A stretch of DNA of 62,919 nucleotides, counting the filler, from Octopus bimaculoides (Eukaryota), in assembly GCF_001194135.2 (NCBI RefSeq). It is 6 parts of 6 records of this genome, joined end to end, with 100 filler letters (N's around TTAATTAATTAA, not from the genome) between each part and the next. Parts side by side here need not be neighbours in the genome. Positions count along the whole stretch, not along the records: positions 46,242 to 61,341 come from NC_068999.1; positions 61,442 to 62,919 come from NC_068998.1; 4 more parts are not named here. One strand, 5' to 3'. This document shows positions 51,132 through 62,919 of the stretch, piece by piece; position 1 is the stretch's first letter, and each line of letters opens with the position of its first letter. The translations under genes were made by a program, and so were the position numbers. The notes below the pieces were generated by a model. The model was not told where the DNA came from. It made no database searches and saw nothing but the letters and a program-made list of their open reading frames with translations.

Positions 51132-51400
51132 GGCGCAGGAGTGGCTGTGTGGTAAGTAGCTTGCTTACCAACCACATGGTTCCAGGTTCAGTCCAACTGT
51201 GTGGCACCTTGAGCAAGTAGTGGCAGTAGCACCGGCAGTTGCAACTGCTAGAGGCAGCAGCAGCAGTGGCAGCAGACGCAGCGGCAGAAGCAGTGTCAGA
51301 AGTTGCGGTAGCAACAGCAGCAGTAGCAGTAATAGTAGTAGTAGCAGTAGCAGCAGCAGCAGCAGCAGTTGTGTGAGTATTCTAGTACTAGCATTAGTAG
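51132..51400 (+). mobile_element. SINE A/B head (51132-51218) running into an (AGC)n/(AGT)n microsatellite
   Basis: A well-preserved head ends at gagcaagt and continues directly as agtggcagtagc... Confidence 0.85.
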
Positions 51401-52449
51401 ATACAGTGTCAGAAGCGGCAAAATCATGTGCAGGGTTAGGTGAAAGCATTTCAGTAGCATTTGATACCCATAGCGTATGTAAAGCGTTGATTATTTACCC
51501 AAATGCAAAAGGGTGCTTCAGAAACACAGCTGTCCCTCGGTTTCCACCTCACCCAGTCTACACAGTTTTTTTTAGCTGGAAACTTAGAATATATTACAGA
51601 TCTGCAATTCATGATACAATCTAACGTTAGAACTCTCGGATGCTACATTTTTATGTTTATCAGCTATTGCAAGTGCTGATTATATTCCATCTATTTAGAA
51701 TAGTGAGTCCCATTGGATTGTCGCGTCCTAGGTGAAATTTGCCGCGTAAAAGAAAATAAATTAAGAAGGCGAGATGATCACATGAAAAATGTAACCGATC
51801 ATAGTTCTGCGTGATAAGGCTGATCAAGAAACAGCATCATTAAAAACACGTACAGTATTCTTCCCTTTCACTTCATAAAACTCCCTGAAACTGCTTAGAA
51901 TTTATATGCTGCAAATACCTGTTGAAAAAGAGATTGGACACAGGAGACCAATTCTTCTCCTGTACTTATAAAAGCAGCTAGAGATTTGTACTAAACACTG
52001 GAACTAAAGCTAAAAGTACTCATCAAAGTATCTAAGGATCATTTTTCGTAATAGCTTCCTAAAACTACGAAAGCGTACTGCGCCTTGCGGATATCTGTTT
52101 CATCAGCTAAGCAATTATTTGTTGTTACTTAGCCTCTAGATGAAATTTGATAACGTATATAGCTAAGCTCAACGGTATTTCAAACAAGATTATCTCATTT
52201 TTGCGTCTGTTTTCAGATGTGATATATCTACCAATCCATTATGAAATATCTCTTTCCATTTTTTAGAAGGTCGGATCAGATTATAGAGAGATTTAGCTGA
52301 TATCGCTAGGATGTCAAAAGACCACGTATAACCTGCAAGCGAAGGTGTTTTTGATTTATAAGATCGCCAGCCACTTCGCTGGGAGCCAGCATATATACTC
52401 ATTACGGATAATCAAGTTATTCTTGTAACACACACACACACAGGCATAC

Positions 52450-52490
<41 letters not shown>

Positions 52491-53292
52491 CAGAGAGAGA
52501 GAGAGAGAGAGAGAGACGCACATGTATGGATGTACATATAAATATATATATAAAAGGACTACATGAATGACGACACAAACACACACACACATATAGGCGG
52601 GAGAAATGTGGGTATATGTGTATGTGAGTACTTGTATGTATTTTATGTCTCTCATACATATATTCATGCGTATGAATGTGTACGAGAGCTTGTCTATATT
52701 TATGTCTGTTTTTGTATTTCGGTGTATGTCTTGCGTGATTGTATGTATGGGTGTAATTTCATCTGTATGCAAACGTTTGTGTGTACGTATGTAAATGTGT
52801 GGTTGCGCTTGTATTTTTCTGCACGCAGATTTCTGAAATCCTTTCACTCTTTTCTTTTCAATATTTACAAAAAAATATTGAAATTTTGAATTGCTTGTAT
52901 AACCAAAAATGACCTTTCTATATTATTGAAAACGCTGTTAGCAATTTTATTCTAATAGCGATTTAGAAACATGCAAATAAAATAGAAAATGTTTTGCTGA
53001 AAGTATTAAAGATTCTCAAGCAAATATATTAGATTTTGTCAAATGCTTGAAACTACCATGTATGAAATAAGTATTTGGAAATTCGGAAATATAACGTATA
53101 AAAGTTATATCATTTTCCATATGGAAGCATTACGTATAAATTTTATTTGCAGGATGTCATAAACGCGCTTGTAAACATCAGTATTTCTGAAGATGCGACT
53201 CACATTACACTTGTGAGGTTTGGCAATGTTTTGGTGGATGATGGTTGCTTCAGAATGAGGTATAAGTATGTAACATAAATATATATTGATTT

Positions 53293-54023
53293 CGAACTTT
53301 TGGCACAAGGCCAGGAATTTCGGGGAAGGAATAAGTCGATTATAGAAGCCTCTGTCCTCAACTGGGATTTATTTCATCGACTCCGAAAGGATGAAAAGTG
53401 AAGTCGGTTCCAGCAGCATTTTAACTGAGAATGTTAAGACAGCAGTAATGCTGGTAAGCATTTTTCTAGTGTTCTAACGATTCTGCCATTTCCCCGCCGT
53501 AGCCAATGTGAATAGATTTTGGTTTCAAATTTCAGAACAAGTGCAGCAAGTCCAGTGGAAGGGATAAGTCGTTTGCATCGAGACTAGTGCGTACTTAGTT
53601 TATCACCCCTTAGAACATGTGACTAAATATTCTTTTCTACTCTAGGCAAGAGGCTCGAACATTTTGGGGAGGTGGCTAGTCGATTAGATTGAACCCAGTA
53701 CGCGACTGGTACTTAATCTATCGACCCCGAAAGGATGAAAGGCAAAGACGACCTAGGCGGAATTTGAACACAGAACGTAAAAACAGATGAAATACTGCTA
53801 GGTATTTCGCCCGGTGTGCTAAAGTCTCTTGTTTCTTTATTGCCCACAAGGGGCCAAACATAGAGGGGACAAAAACAGGACAGACAAAAGGATTAAGTCG
53901 ATTACATCGACCCCAGTGCGTAACTGGTACTTAATTTATCGACCCCGAAAGGATCAAAGGCAAAGTCGACCTCGGCGGAATTTGAACTCAGAACGTAACG
54001 GCAGACGAAATACCGCTAAGCAT
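53293..54023 (-). mobile_element. Cluster of three to four SINE family D copies in the same orientation
   Basis: atcgac[c/t]ccgaaaggat.aaa.g occurs at about 53376, 53721 and 53939, plus a tail fragment at about 53515-53600. Confidence 0.85.
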
Positions 54024-54027
54024 TATT

Positions 54028-55020
54028 CTACTAGCTTCAGTCATTTGACTGCGGCCATGCTAGAGCACCACCTTATAGAATTTTAGTCGAAGAAATCTAC
54101 CCCAGGACCTATTTTTTTGTAAGCCTAGTAACTTATTGTATGGGTCTTTTTTGTCAAATCGTTAAGTTACGGAAACATAGACGCATCACCAGCGGTTGTC
54201 AAGCNNNNNNNNNNNNNNNNNNNNNNNNNNNNNNNNNNNNNNNNNNNNNNNNNNNNNNNNNNNNNNNNNNNNNNNNNNNNNNNNNNNNNNNNNNNNNNNN
54301 NNNNNNNNNNNNNNNNNNNNNNNNNNNNNNNNNNNNNNNNNNNNNNNNNNNNNNNNNNNNNNNNNNNNNNNNNNNNNNNNNNNNNNNNNNNNNNNNNNNN
54401 NNNNNNNNNNNNNNNNNNNNNNNNNNNNNNNNNNNNNNNNNNNNNNNNNNNNNNNNNNNNNNNNNNNNNNNNNNNNNNNNNNNNNNNNNNNNNNNNNNNN
54501 NNNNNNNNNNNNNNNNNNNNNNNNNNNNNNNNNNNNNNNNNNNNNNNNNNNNNNNNNNNNNNNNNNNNNNNNNNNNNNNNNNNNNNNNNNNNNNNNNNNN
54601 NNNNNNNNNNNNNNNNNNNNNNNNNNNNNNNNNNNNNNNNNNNNNNNNNNNNNNNNNNNNNNNNNNNNNNNNNNNNNNNNNNNNNNNNNNNNNNNNNNNN
54701 NNNNNNNNNNNNNNNNNNNNNNNNNNNNNNNNNNNNNNNNNNNNNNNNNNNNNNNNNNNNNNNNNNNNNNNNNNNNNNNNNNNNNNNNNNNNNNNNNNNN
54801 NNNNNNNNNNNNNNNNNNNNNNNNNNNNNNNNNNNNNNNNNNNNNNNNNNNNNNNNNNNNNNNNNNNNNNNNNNNNNNNNNNNNNNNNNNNNNNNNNNNN
54901 NNNNNNNNNNNNNNNNNNATATATATATATATATATATATATACGATGGGCTTCTTTCAGTTTCCGTCGACCACTCACAAGGTTTTGGTCGGCCTGAGGC
55001 TATAATAGAAGACACTTACC
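54028..55020 (-). mobile_element. SINE family A spanning an assembly gap
   Basis: Tail at 54028-54204 and head-proximal part at 54943-55020. Confidence 0.75.
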
Positions 55021-55557
55021 CACATATATATATGTGTGTACTATATGATAACTATATCAGTTCATGGTGCAATGCATATATCTTTATTGGGGTGGGGCAG
55101 AAATTAAAGTGGGCACTGCAGAACTTGAAGCTGGATACTCTATTCTAAAACGTTGCTCTATATGTCAATAATAGCAGAGAAACCACTCTCAAAGTATACG
55201 CCGTTTCTTAAATTTATGGAATTTCATAATGAAATACTGAATACATTAAAATATTCAAGAAACCCATTTAAAATAGTCATATATGAAAAACAAACAGACA
55301 TCTTTGATGGTTTAACCAGATCAGAGTCGAATTGTTGGTAAACAAGATAAACAACAGCAAAACCAAAAACAGTGACACATGGTCTATGTTTCCCTTTATC
55401 TAGTTTCGTTCGTAGCCACCTTTGATACTGCTGAGAAATGTTTAATGGAAAAACTGAAAATTAATAATCTACAACTAAATTAATCGCCTTTAATACATTG
55501 TAGGTCTCCTGGGCTGAACTCATTTTGTGGTGAACTATACTGAAATGGCAGAAAAAA

Positions 55558-55613
<56 letters not shown>

Positions 55614-55623
55614 TACCACCATC

Positions 55624-55691
<68 letters not shown>

Positions 55692-55700
55692 CACTACTGG
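55558..55700. repeat. (CTA)n microsatellite with CAC/CAT interruptions
   Basis: Directly visible; source of the poly-Y and poly-V ORFs. Confidence 0.95.
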
Positions 55701-56523
55701 TGTTGCTGCTTCATAATTTTATATGCTACTCAAGAGTTTTTAAAATATTGCAGAATTCGTTGTTATATATTCTGACCCTATTAACAAATAGTAAAAAATA
55801 GAATTGAGATTTTATCGAAAAACGTATGTCATTGGGGTTCTTTTGTGTTATGTCTACTTGAAATACAAAGTAAATTAAATTTTCAGAAGCAAAACAAACA
55901 GAAATGAAATAATTATACAGAAATCAATTGCAAAACAAAATTCTTCAAAATGGTAAGAAGACGAAAAAATACAATAATATAAAAATTAAAGAATCAAACA
56001 AAATCAATTGCATATTAACCATCAAATATAGGTCAACAAAAAGACGAAAGAATAATTCATTGGTTTTTAAAATCAAGATATATGATGTACAGCACGTTGC
56101 GCCTTAAATGAGAAAAGGCTGATGCAGGGTGGTGTAGGGGTTTATTACGGAGCTAATCAGTTCTCTTCTGCCAAATTTGTTCAAGCATGCAAACAATTTA
56201 CAACAATTTGCACCAATTTTCCTTCATTCTCATTCCAGTTCTCTGCCAAGTTATATACTAAAAAGGAACAACCCGCCAGATATTCAAGAAATATATACCT
56301 GTACAATGGAACATGATGAAATATTCCAAAGTGTACTCTGTAGAATATATATATATATATATANNNNNNNNNNNNNNNNNNNNNNNNNNNNNNNNNNNNN
56401 NNNNNNNNNNNNNNNNNNNNNNNNNNNNNNNNNNNNNNNNNNNNNNNNNNNNNNNNNNNNNNNNNNNNNNNNNNNNNNNNNNNNNNNNNNNNNNAATTAT
56501 TTTTAGTGTTATTGTTGTTGTTG

Positions 56524-56575
<52 letters not shown>

Positions 56576-57494
56576 CAATAATATTAATACACTAACTATT
56601 TGTTTTGTGCGTACCTGTTGTGTGCGTCACACTTACTGCAAAGTAGTGGCAAAGCGAGAGAGAGGAGGGCAGAGAGGAAGTAAGAGAGACAGAAATGGAG
56701 AGTGAGAGAGTGAGAGAGAATGGGAGAGAGTGAAAGAGACAGTGAGTGGTGACAGCGTTCGTTTTGTTCAAAGAGAGAAAGAAAGAGAGTGAGAGAGAAA
56801 GAAAAGTGAGATAGAAAGTGAGATAGAGAGAAAAGTGAGATAGAAAGTGAGTGAGTGAAAGAGGCAGTGAGTGGTGACGACGTTCGTTTTGTGCTTTTAA
56901 ATGTTTAACACATCGCAAGAGAAGTCGATACATAGATACATATACACATTGTTAAATCAAAAGCAGGAGAGAAGTGGGACACAAAGGACGTGAAAGATAA
57001 AGAGAGAAAGTGAGGGAGACAGTAAATGCATAAATGCAAAGAAAAGTTCATACATAGATACATACACACAGCAAATATTGGATGTCAAATTCACTTTTCA
57101 TTACCACAGATGGCTGAGTACTCCACAGGGAGATTCAGCCTCACACTGAATTTGACAAGGCTGGCCCCTTTGAATTACAGCTACAACTCGCGACATATAT
57201 ATATATATATATATATTTGTGTGTGTATAGTTTAGGTTAGGTAAGATATGTTTGCAATAAGTGTCACGTGGTCGAAATAAACGCTATTACCAAACTTTCA
57301 TTCATAAATCCATTTATTATTTTGTTCTGTTGCATTTCAATTTGAACACTAAGTTTCTTTCAATATGTACGATGTATCTTAAGGTTAAATAGTAACTTCG
57401 TTTACGTTTGTGTAACAGATATTTTGGGTGAATTATATAGTCATTGGTGTTATATTACTTTCTATATTCTGTAACTATCACAATATACTCTCCT

Positions 57495-57635
57495 AGGCCC
57501 AAATTTTTTGTCGGGCGGGGGCCAGTTGATTAGATCGACCGCTGTACACAATTGATCCTTAATTTACCGACCCCGAAAGGACGAAAGGTAAAGTTGTTCT
57601 CGGCAGAATTTGAACTCAGAACGTAAAGACACACG
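57495..57635 (-). mobile_element. SINE family D fragment
   Basis: ccgaccccgaaaggacgaaaggtaaagttgttctcggcagaatttgaactcagaacg. Confidence 0.8.
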
Positions 57636-57845
57636 GTCATAATATACAAACTTTTCTCATGGCAACAATACACTGTTTACAAATGCTTAATTTTTTTGTT
57701 TTCCGTGAATTTTTCACGGGTCCAGCTAGTTATTATTATTATTGTTGTTGTTGATATTATTATTGTTGATATTATTATTATTATTATTATTACTATTTTA
57801 CTATTATTATTATCATTATCATTATTAGTAGTATCATCATCATCA

Positions 57846-57892
<47 letters not shown>

Positions 57893-57915
57893 GCTATTAA
57901 TATTATTATTATTAT

Positions 57916-58272
57916 TGAGTGAGAGAGCCGCACATGCCATCAAAGTGATACGAGTAAGATATACGAAGCCCAATATACCCATCATAACTACCCATCTGAT
58001 AAGGGTACAGCAGACACATGCATCAGTCCCTGAATAAAGGTTGATTAAGGATGTTGAGCAAAACATCCATGTTTCCAGAGTTTAATTATTCATACCCCAA
58101 ACAAATCTTCTGAACACATTGCTATGACGCCCTCCACTACTTCTGCTCGTGATCAGGGATGTACATACTGTCAGCTACCAAAAGGCATGCTCAGCTGATT
58201 AAATTTAAACAACCGAGAAGCAAATCTGTTGTATTAAACAGAATATTTGTTGTAGCTCACCTTTTACACCAT
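57916..58272 (-). mobile_element. Non-coding repeat family F inside (TAA)n, internally deleted copy
   Basis: Homologous to 62321-62788 with about 120 bp missing; (TTA)n on both sides. Confidence 0.8.
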
Positions 58273-61127
58273 ATTATTATTATTTGCAATATCTGCAACA
58301 TAAAATGGCAAGATAAGTTAACGTCAGCATTTTATTTTATCCCCAGTATTGAAAGCATACTGCTGAGAATTCAGTTCAAATACCAGATGATCGCATTCTG
58401 AACCTTGTTTTGTATGGCCAACAAGCGGAAGGATCCCGCGATAAAGAAAGATCCCGGCTAAGGTGTAAGGATAAGTTGTAACAATCGCTAAAATACTTAA
58501 ATCCTAATTTAGGCTCTGTTAAGAGTTATTGCCTAAATCGATCTCAGTGGCGTAAAATGTGTCATGATGCGTCTAAACAATTTGAGACGAAGAAACAGAA
58601 CAATAAAATAATTTTAACATGTAATCCACAGACACATTAGTCCTATCCTAGGTATAACCAAAGTCATCAGTGACCACACTGTGAGTTTTAAACAAGATCC
58701 ATACTCGGACTCAACTTACATTCATCGCACCCATCCATCCATACATAGGTTGTGACTGCAAAAACAGAGAACTCGAACTAGAACCAATTCAAACTTTACA
58801 TACAAATCGTACCCACTTGCAGCCACATAGATATAAATACTTGAATATAAACAATTACATTCCTAACCACCGAATCAAACTTAAAAACCATAATAAACAA
58901 GCTTCCAACTTAGCCAAAAACAGGTTGGAAGAACAACGAAAAAATATAATAAGCTTATCCAATAAACAACTCAGAAAGATAATATACAGTTAGAGCATAA
59001 GGAATTAGATGAAGAGTAAACGTGTCCAATGAAGCGAATATAAAACTTTATTTTCCTTCAAGTGATGAACTCAAACGATGCAAGATAAATGAATGTTAAA
59101 AGAAAAAAAAATTAGGAAAAGACTTTTGAGAAATAGCTTACATAAACTAACATACGAAAAATATTTTCAAAGCAGAATAAAAAACAAAAACAAAAGAAAC
59201 AACGAATGACAGAAACCCTTATTACAACCTTAAAAGTAAAAATATAATGGAAGGAATAAAAGCATAAAGTAACTAACCAATGAAATAGAAGCCACGCAAA
59301 ACAACATAATGAAAACAATATGATAAAAGATCATCAGATAGGAATAAGGGACACAGTTATAAACAAAAGAACAATCCGTATCACGAGATATAACTGCAAA
59401 TAATCAAGAATAGAAATGCTTGCCTGATGATTGCGATGATATGAAACTCATGTGGCGAGAAAAGAAATCATTTTGTATCAAATACGTGTGTGAACTTGAA
59501 TGTTCATTTGCGTGTGTATGTGCTTATGTATCTCTTATAGATAAATACAGAATATAAACAACGAAAGGACTATAGATTTCTACTTTTAAACTATATTTTA
59601 TGTTGTATTAGATCAAATTCTTCATGTTATACAAAGCTATTGCCATTATCATCACCAGAAATACACTACTACCAGGATTTCTATAGTTGGAAGCCTGCGA
59701 CCAACAACATTGTTGTTTACCACTGCTATACATACAAAGAAATACATATCAAAGAGCTTCCCATGAACTAGATCATATCAATAATTGGTTTGCGGAAAGA
59801 TTCACTCGAAATATTCAAATATGGACAAAATAATATAATACTGTGTTTTTAAATGAGATGGAGAATTACCTCACAATATTACGACATCCTTTATATCACT
59901 GATAAATGGAAATAGATGCTTATTTAAAACGTCCATTCTGTTACTACTTTGGCGTAGTTGGCACCGTGTTGGATTCCACAACAGCGAATCCTATGTCAGC
60001 TCCATCAATATTTTGGGATTAAAATTTGGTTTTCATCTGTATGTATATATTTATGGAAAATGCGTGTGTGCGTGCCGAATACGTCTGTAATTGTGTGAGT
60101 ATGTGTGTGTGTGTGTGTGTGTAGGTGTGTGTATCTATGTATGTGTATTTGTGTCTGTGTATGTGTGTTTGTATATATAAGATTATGAGTGTGGGCATCG
60201 GAATATGCATGGGTTTTTGCCGATAGATATTGTCAAAAGTTTTAAGAGTCAGTGAGACGGTACTTCATAGATATGGACAGACGTGCACTGTGTTTCATAC
60301 ACGTCCTTTTCATTATCATCGTTAGAAGTGCAGCAAACCATGATTTTCAAGTTGGAAAACTATATCCCCCGGCACGATTGTTCATAGATTGTGTATGTGT
60401 ATGTGTGTGAATAATTGTGCCGAGCGAATTACTTTAGAACTACGTAATGGAACTAAGGGAAATAACTAAATAATTAGCGATGGGGAGAAAACTAGAAGGA
60501 TTAATAGGATATTAAAGAAATTAGCTAAGGTGGATGCATTAAAAGGCGTACGCGAGATAATCTCAATTAATTGAAATTTTACCTCTTCAGACAAAAAGAA
60601 AAACTCAGTGTTTATCCTTAGCAATGCTAAAAGTAAAAAAGTGATCATTTCAAGAAATTAAGAAATAATTCCACGAAACTGATTTACAGATATTGAGGTA
60701 TAAGATGATCTTTGATAGCAGTAAACGTGACACCTGCACATACGTCTCCGTCTTCCGTTGTCCCTTTAAACATATACATTAATATGTATGTTCCATATAT
60801 CACCAATGCATATAAGTTTCATAAAACCAATTGCTAAATTCTTGGAGCAATCAATGCGTTTCTTTGATTGCTCCAAACAATTACACATTTGTTTTATTTT
60901 ATTTGTTCATAATTTTTACATAAGCGTAGCCGTATTAAGTGTATCATCACTAAAATTATGTATCGGCCAAATCGAGGTATCTGAATTTGGTCATTATAAA
61001 CTTTGAGATACTCAGAATTTTACGGACATGAAATACTTCATTGTGATAAGGAGCGGCAACAGATCAAATTCTTGTCCCTAGTTGTTAAACCGCAGGTAAT
61101 TAAAGACCAGGTTTCCCCCTAAACACA

Positions 61128-61161
<34 letters not shown>

Positions 61162-61341
61162 CTTTCTCTCCTCCTCTCTCTTTTTCCTTTTCTTTCTTTC
61201 TTTCTCACTCTCTCTCTCTCTCTCACTCTCTCTTTCTCTCTTTCAGACACACATTGTGTATAGTTAAATCAGAATTTCTTGCAAGTTTATATGCATGTAT
61301 ATATAAATAGTGAGAGATATTTATGATATATAATGCATTAT

Positions 61342-61441
61342 NNNNNNNNNNNNNNNNNNNNNNNNNNNNNNNNNNNNNNNNNNNNTTAATTAATTAANNN
61401 NNNNNNNNNNNNNNNNNNNNNNNNNNNNNNNNNNNNNNNNN
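61342..61441. other. Artificial scaffold join N44-TTAATTAATTAA-N44
   Basis: 12-mer at 61386-61397. Confidence 0.95.
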
Positions 61442-61490
<49 letters not shown>

Positions 61491-62014
61491 CATAAATATA
61501 AACTCACGTATGAATGCATGTATTTGTGGAATGTATTTTTGATCTGTTTATTTCATATCTTGGAACTCATAAATACACATATTAATATCATTATACACTC
61601 ACATGCATACACACTCATATCATTCCGCGTATACAAGTACATATATAAGTACACAGAGAAGTATATATGAACACATACATGTATATATACATGCGCACAG
61701 CCAGCATATGCCGCATGTACCAACATACCGTGGTATTGAGATGAAATATTTAATATATTACAGTTGATATTAGAAAAATGTTCCGTTTAGTTATCATGTA
61801 CGATGGAATCAATGGTTTGATATCCGTCAAGTATGGTGGACAGTGTCATATCATTCTCCAGTTATATTGGATATTAATGTATATATAATATATACAAACT
61901 ATATCACCTGCTATCAATGCATTCACCACTATGTTGTATTCTATTATCATTAGCTTCATTTGTTATTAGTTGTAATATTACTGATTTCAATGAGACCTGT
62001 TTTATTATTATTAC

Positions 62015-62060
<46 letters not shown>

Positions 62061-62092
62061 GTTATTATTATTATCATCATCATCATCATCGT

Positions 62093-62295
62093 TAAGGCGG
62101 CAAACTTGCAGAATCGTTTCTGTACCGGTCAGAAGGTTCAGCGACATTTCGTCCGGCTTTACGTTCTGAGTTTCATTTCTGCCGAGGTTGACCCTTCGGT
62201 GTCAATAAATTAAATACCTGTGAAAGACTATGGTTAATGTAATCAACTAGAACCCTCCCACCAAATTTCATGCCATGTGCTTTAAGTAGAAAGGA
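62093..62295 (+). mobile_element. SINE family D
   Basis: aaggcggcaaacttgcagaatcgtt...ttacgttctgagtttc...gccgaggttgaccc. Confidence 0.75.
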
Positions 62296-62320
62296 TTATT
62301 ATTATTATTATTATTATTAT

Positions 62321-62788
62321 TGAGTGAGAGAGCAGTGCATGCCATCAAAGTGACACTGGGGTAAAATATACGAAACCCATTATACCCATCATGACTACCC
62401 GTCTGATAAGGGTACACCAGGCACATGCATCACAACCATATGTACACGACATGGTGATCTCATATCAAGATAAACAGCGCATGACCTTGCAGGTGGAACC
62501 TAGTTAGCATTTTCTTCAGGTCGAGTAGCCCATCCCACTCAAAAGATCCCTGAATAAGGTTTGTTTAAGGATGTTGAGCAAAACACCCATGTTTCCAAAG
62601 GTGTATTATTAAAACCCCAAAGAACTCCTCTCAACACATGGCTATGATGCTCCCCCACTACTTCTGCTCATGATCAGAGATGCACATATTGTTAGCCATC
62701 AAGGGACATGCTCAACTGGTTACGGTCAAACAACTTACAAGCAAATGTGTGGTATTGAGCAGAATATTTGCTGTAGCCCATCTTTTAT
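62321..62788 (-). mobile_element. Non-coding repeat family F inside (TAA)n
   Basis: Begins and ends in (TTA)n tracts and shares its left boundary (ttgagtgagagag) with the 57916 copy. Confidence 0.8.
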
Positions 62789-62825
62789 ATTATTATTATT
62801 ATTATTATTATTACTATTATTATTG

Positions 62826-62919
62826 TTCAGTAGTTTTATTTTTATAACGTGCTTTCACTTCACTACCGAGCACAGCTCTGTGTGCCTTGGTTATATGCTG
62901 TGTTTTGCTGTGATGCTCT
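62826..62919 (-). mobile_element. Second copy of the R4/Dong-like 3' UTR; runs off the window end
   Basis: Near-identical to 35367-35460 and again abutting (TTA)n. Confidence 0.8.

Noticed and set aside
55461-55775. Poly-Tyr, poly-Val, poly-Asn, poly-Ile and poly-Ser ORFs (also 6408-6785, 35205-35670, 51165-51624, 57677-58066, 61904-62213)
   Set aside because: Trinucleotide microsatellites with no flanking coding signal.
59424-59447. CTGATGA...GAAAC hammerhead-like spacing (also minus strand near 19480-19512 and near 42925-42957)
   Set aside because: The intervening sequence cannot form stem II, and no stem I was found.

Overview
Eukaryotic, AT-rich, microsatellite-dense DNA with many N gaps. 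The SINE families and repeat landscape resemble those I associate with octopus (cephalopod) genomes; this is an inference, not a database result. I find no supportable host protein-coding gene, tRNA, rRNA or CRISPR array. Almost all long ORFs in the track are microsatellite or N-gap artefacts. The window is a graveyard of decayed transposons: two Tc1, one mariner, one DD37D/maT and one hAT-Ac DNA transposon, Helitron-like termini, RTE-like, CR1/L2-like and R4/Dong-like LINE fragments, Penelope-like (PLE) fragments, and about 25 copies of several tRNA-derived SINE families. Five identical 100-bp artificial joins (N44-TTAATTAATTAA-N44) split the window into six originally separate scaffolds, so adjacency across them cannot be trusted. 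The most interesting signals are a complete minimal hammerhead-ribozyme core (3498-3540), retroelements sitting inside (TAA)n tracts, a Helitron/SINE composite with interleaved inverted repeats (10.3-13.9 kb), a LINE whose 3' UTR is shared with a minisatellite-bearing SINE, and an open C2H2 zinc-finger triplet.
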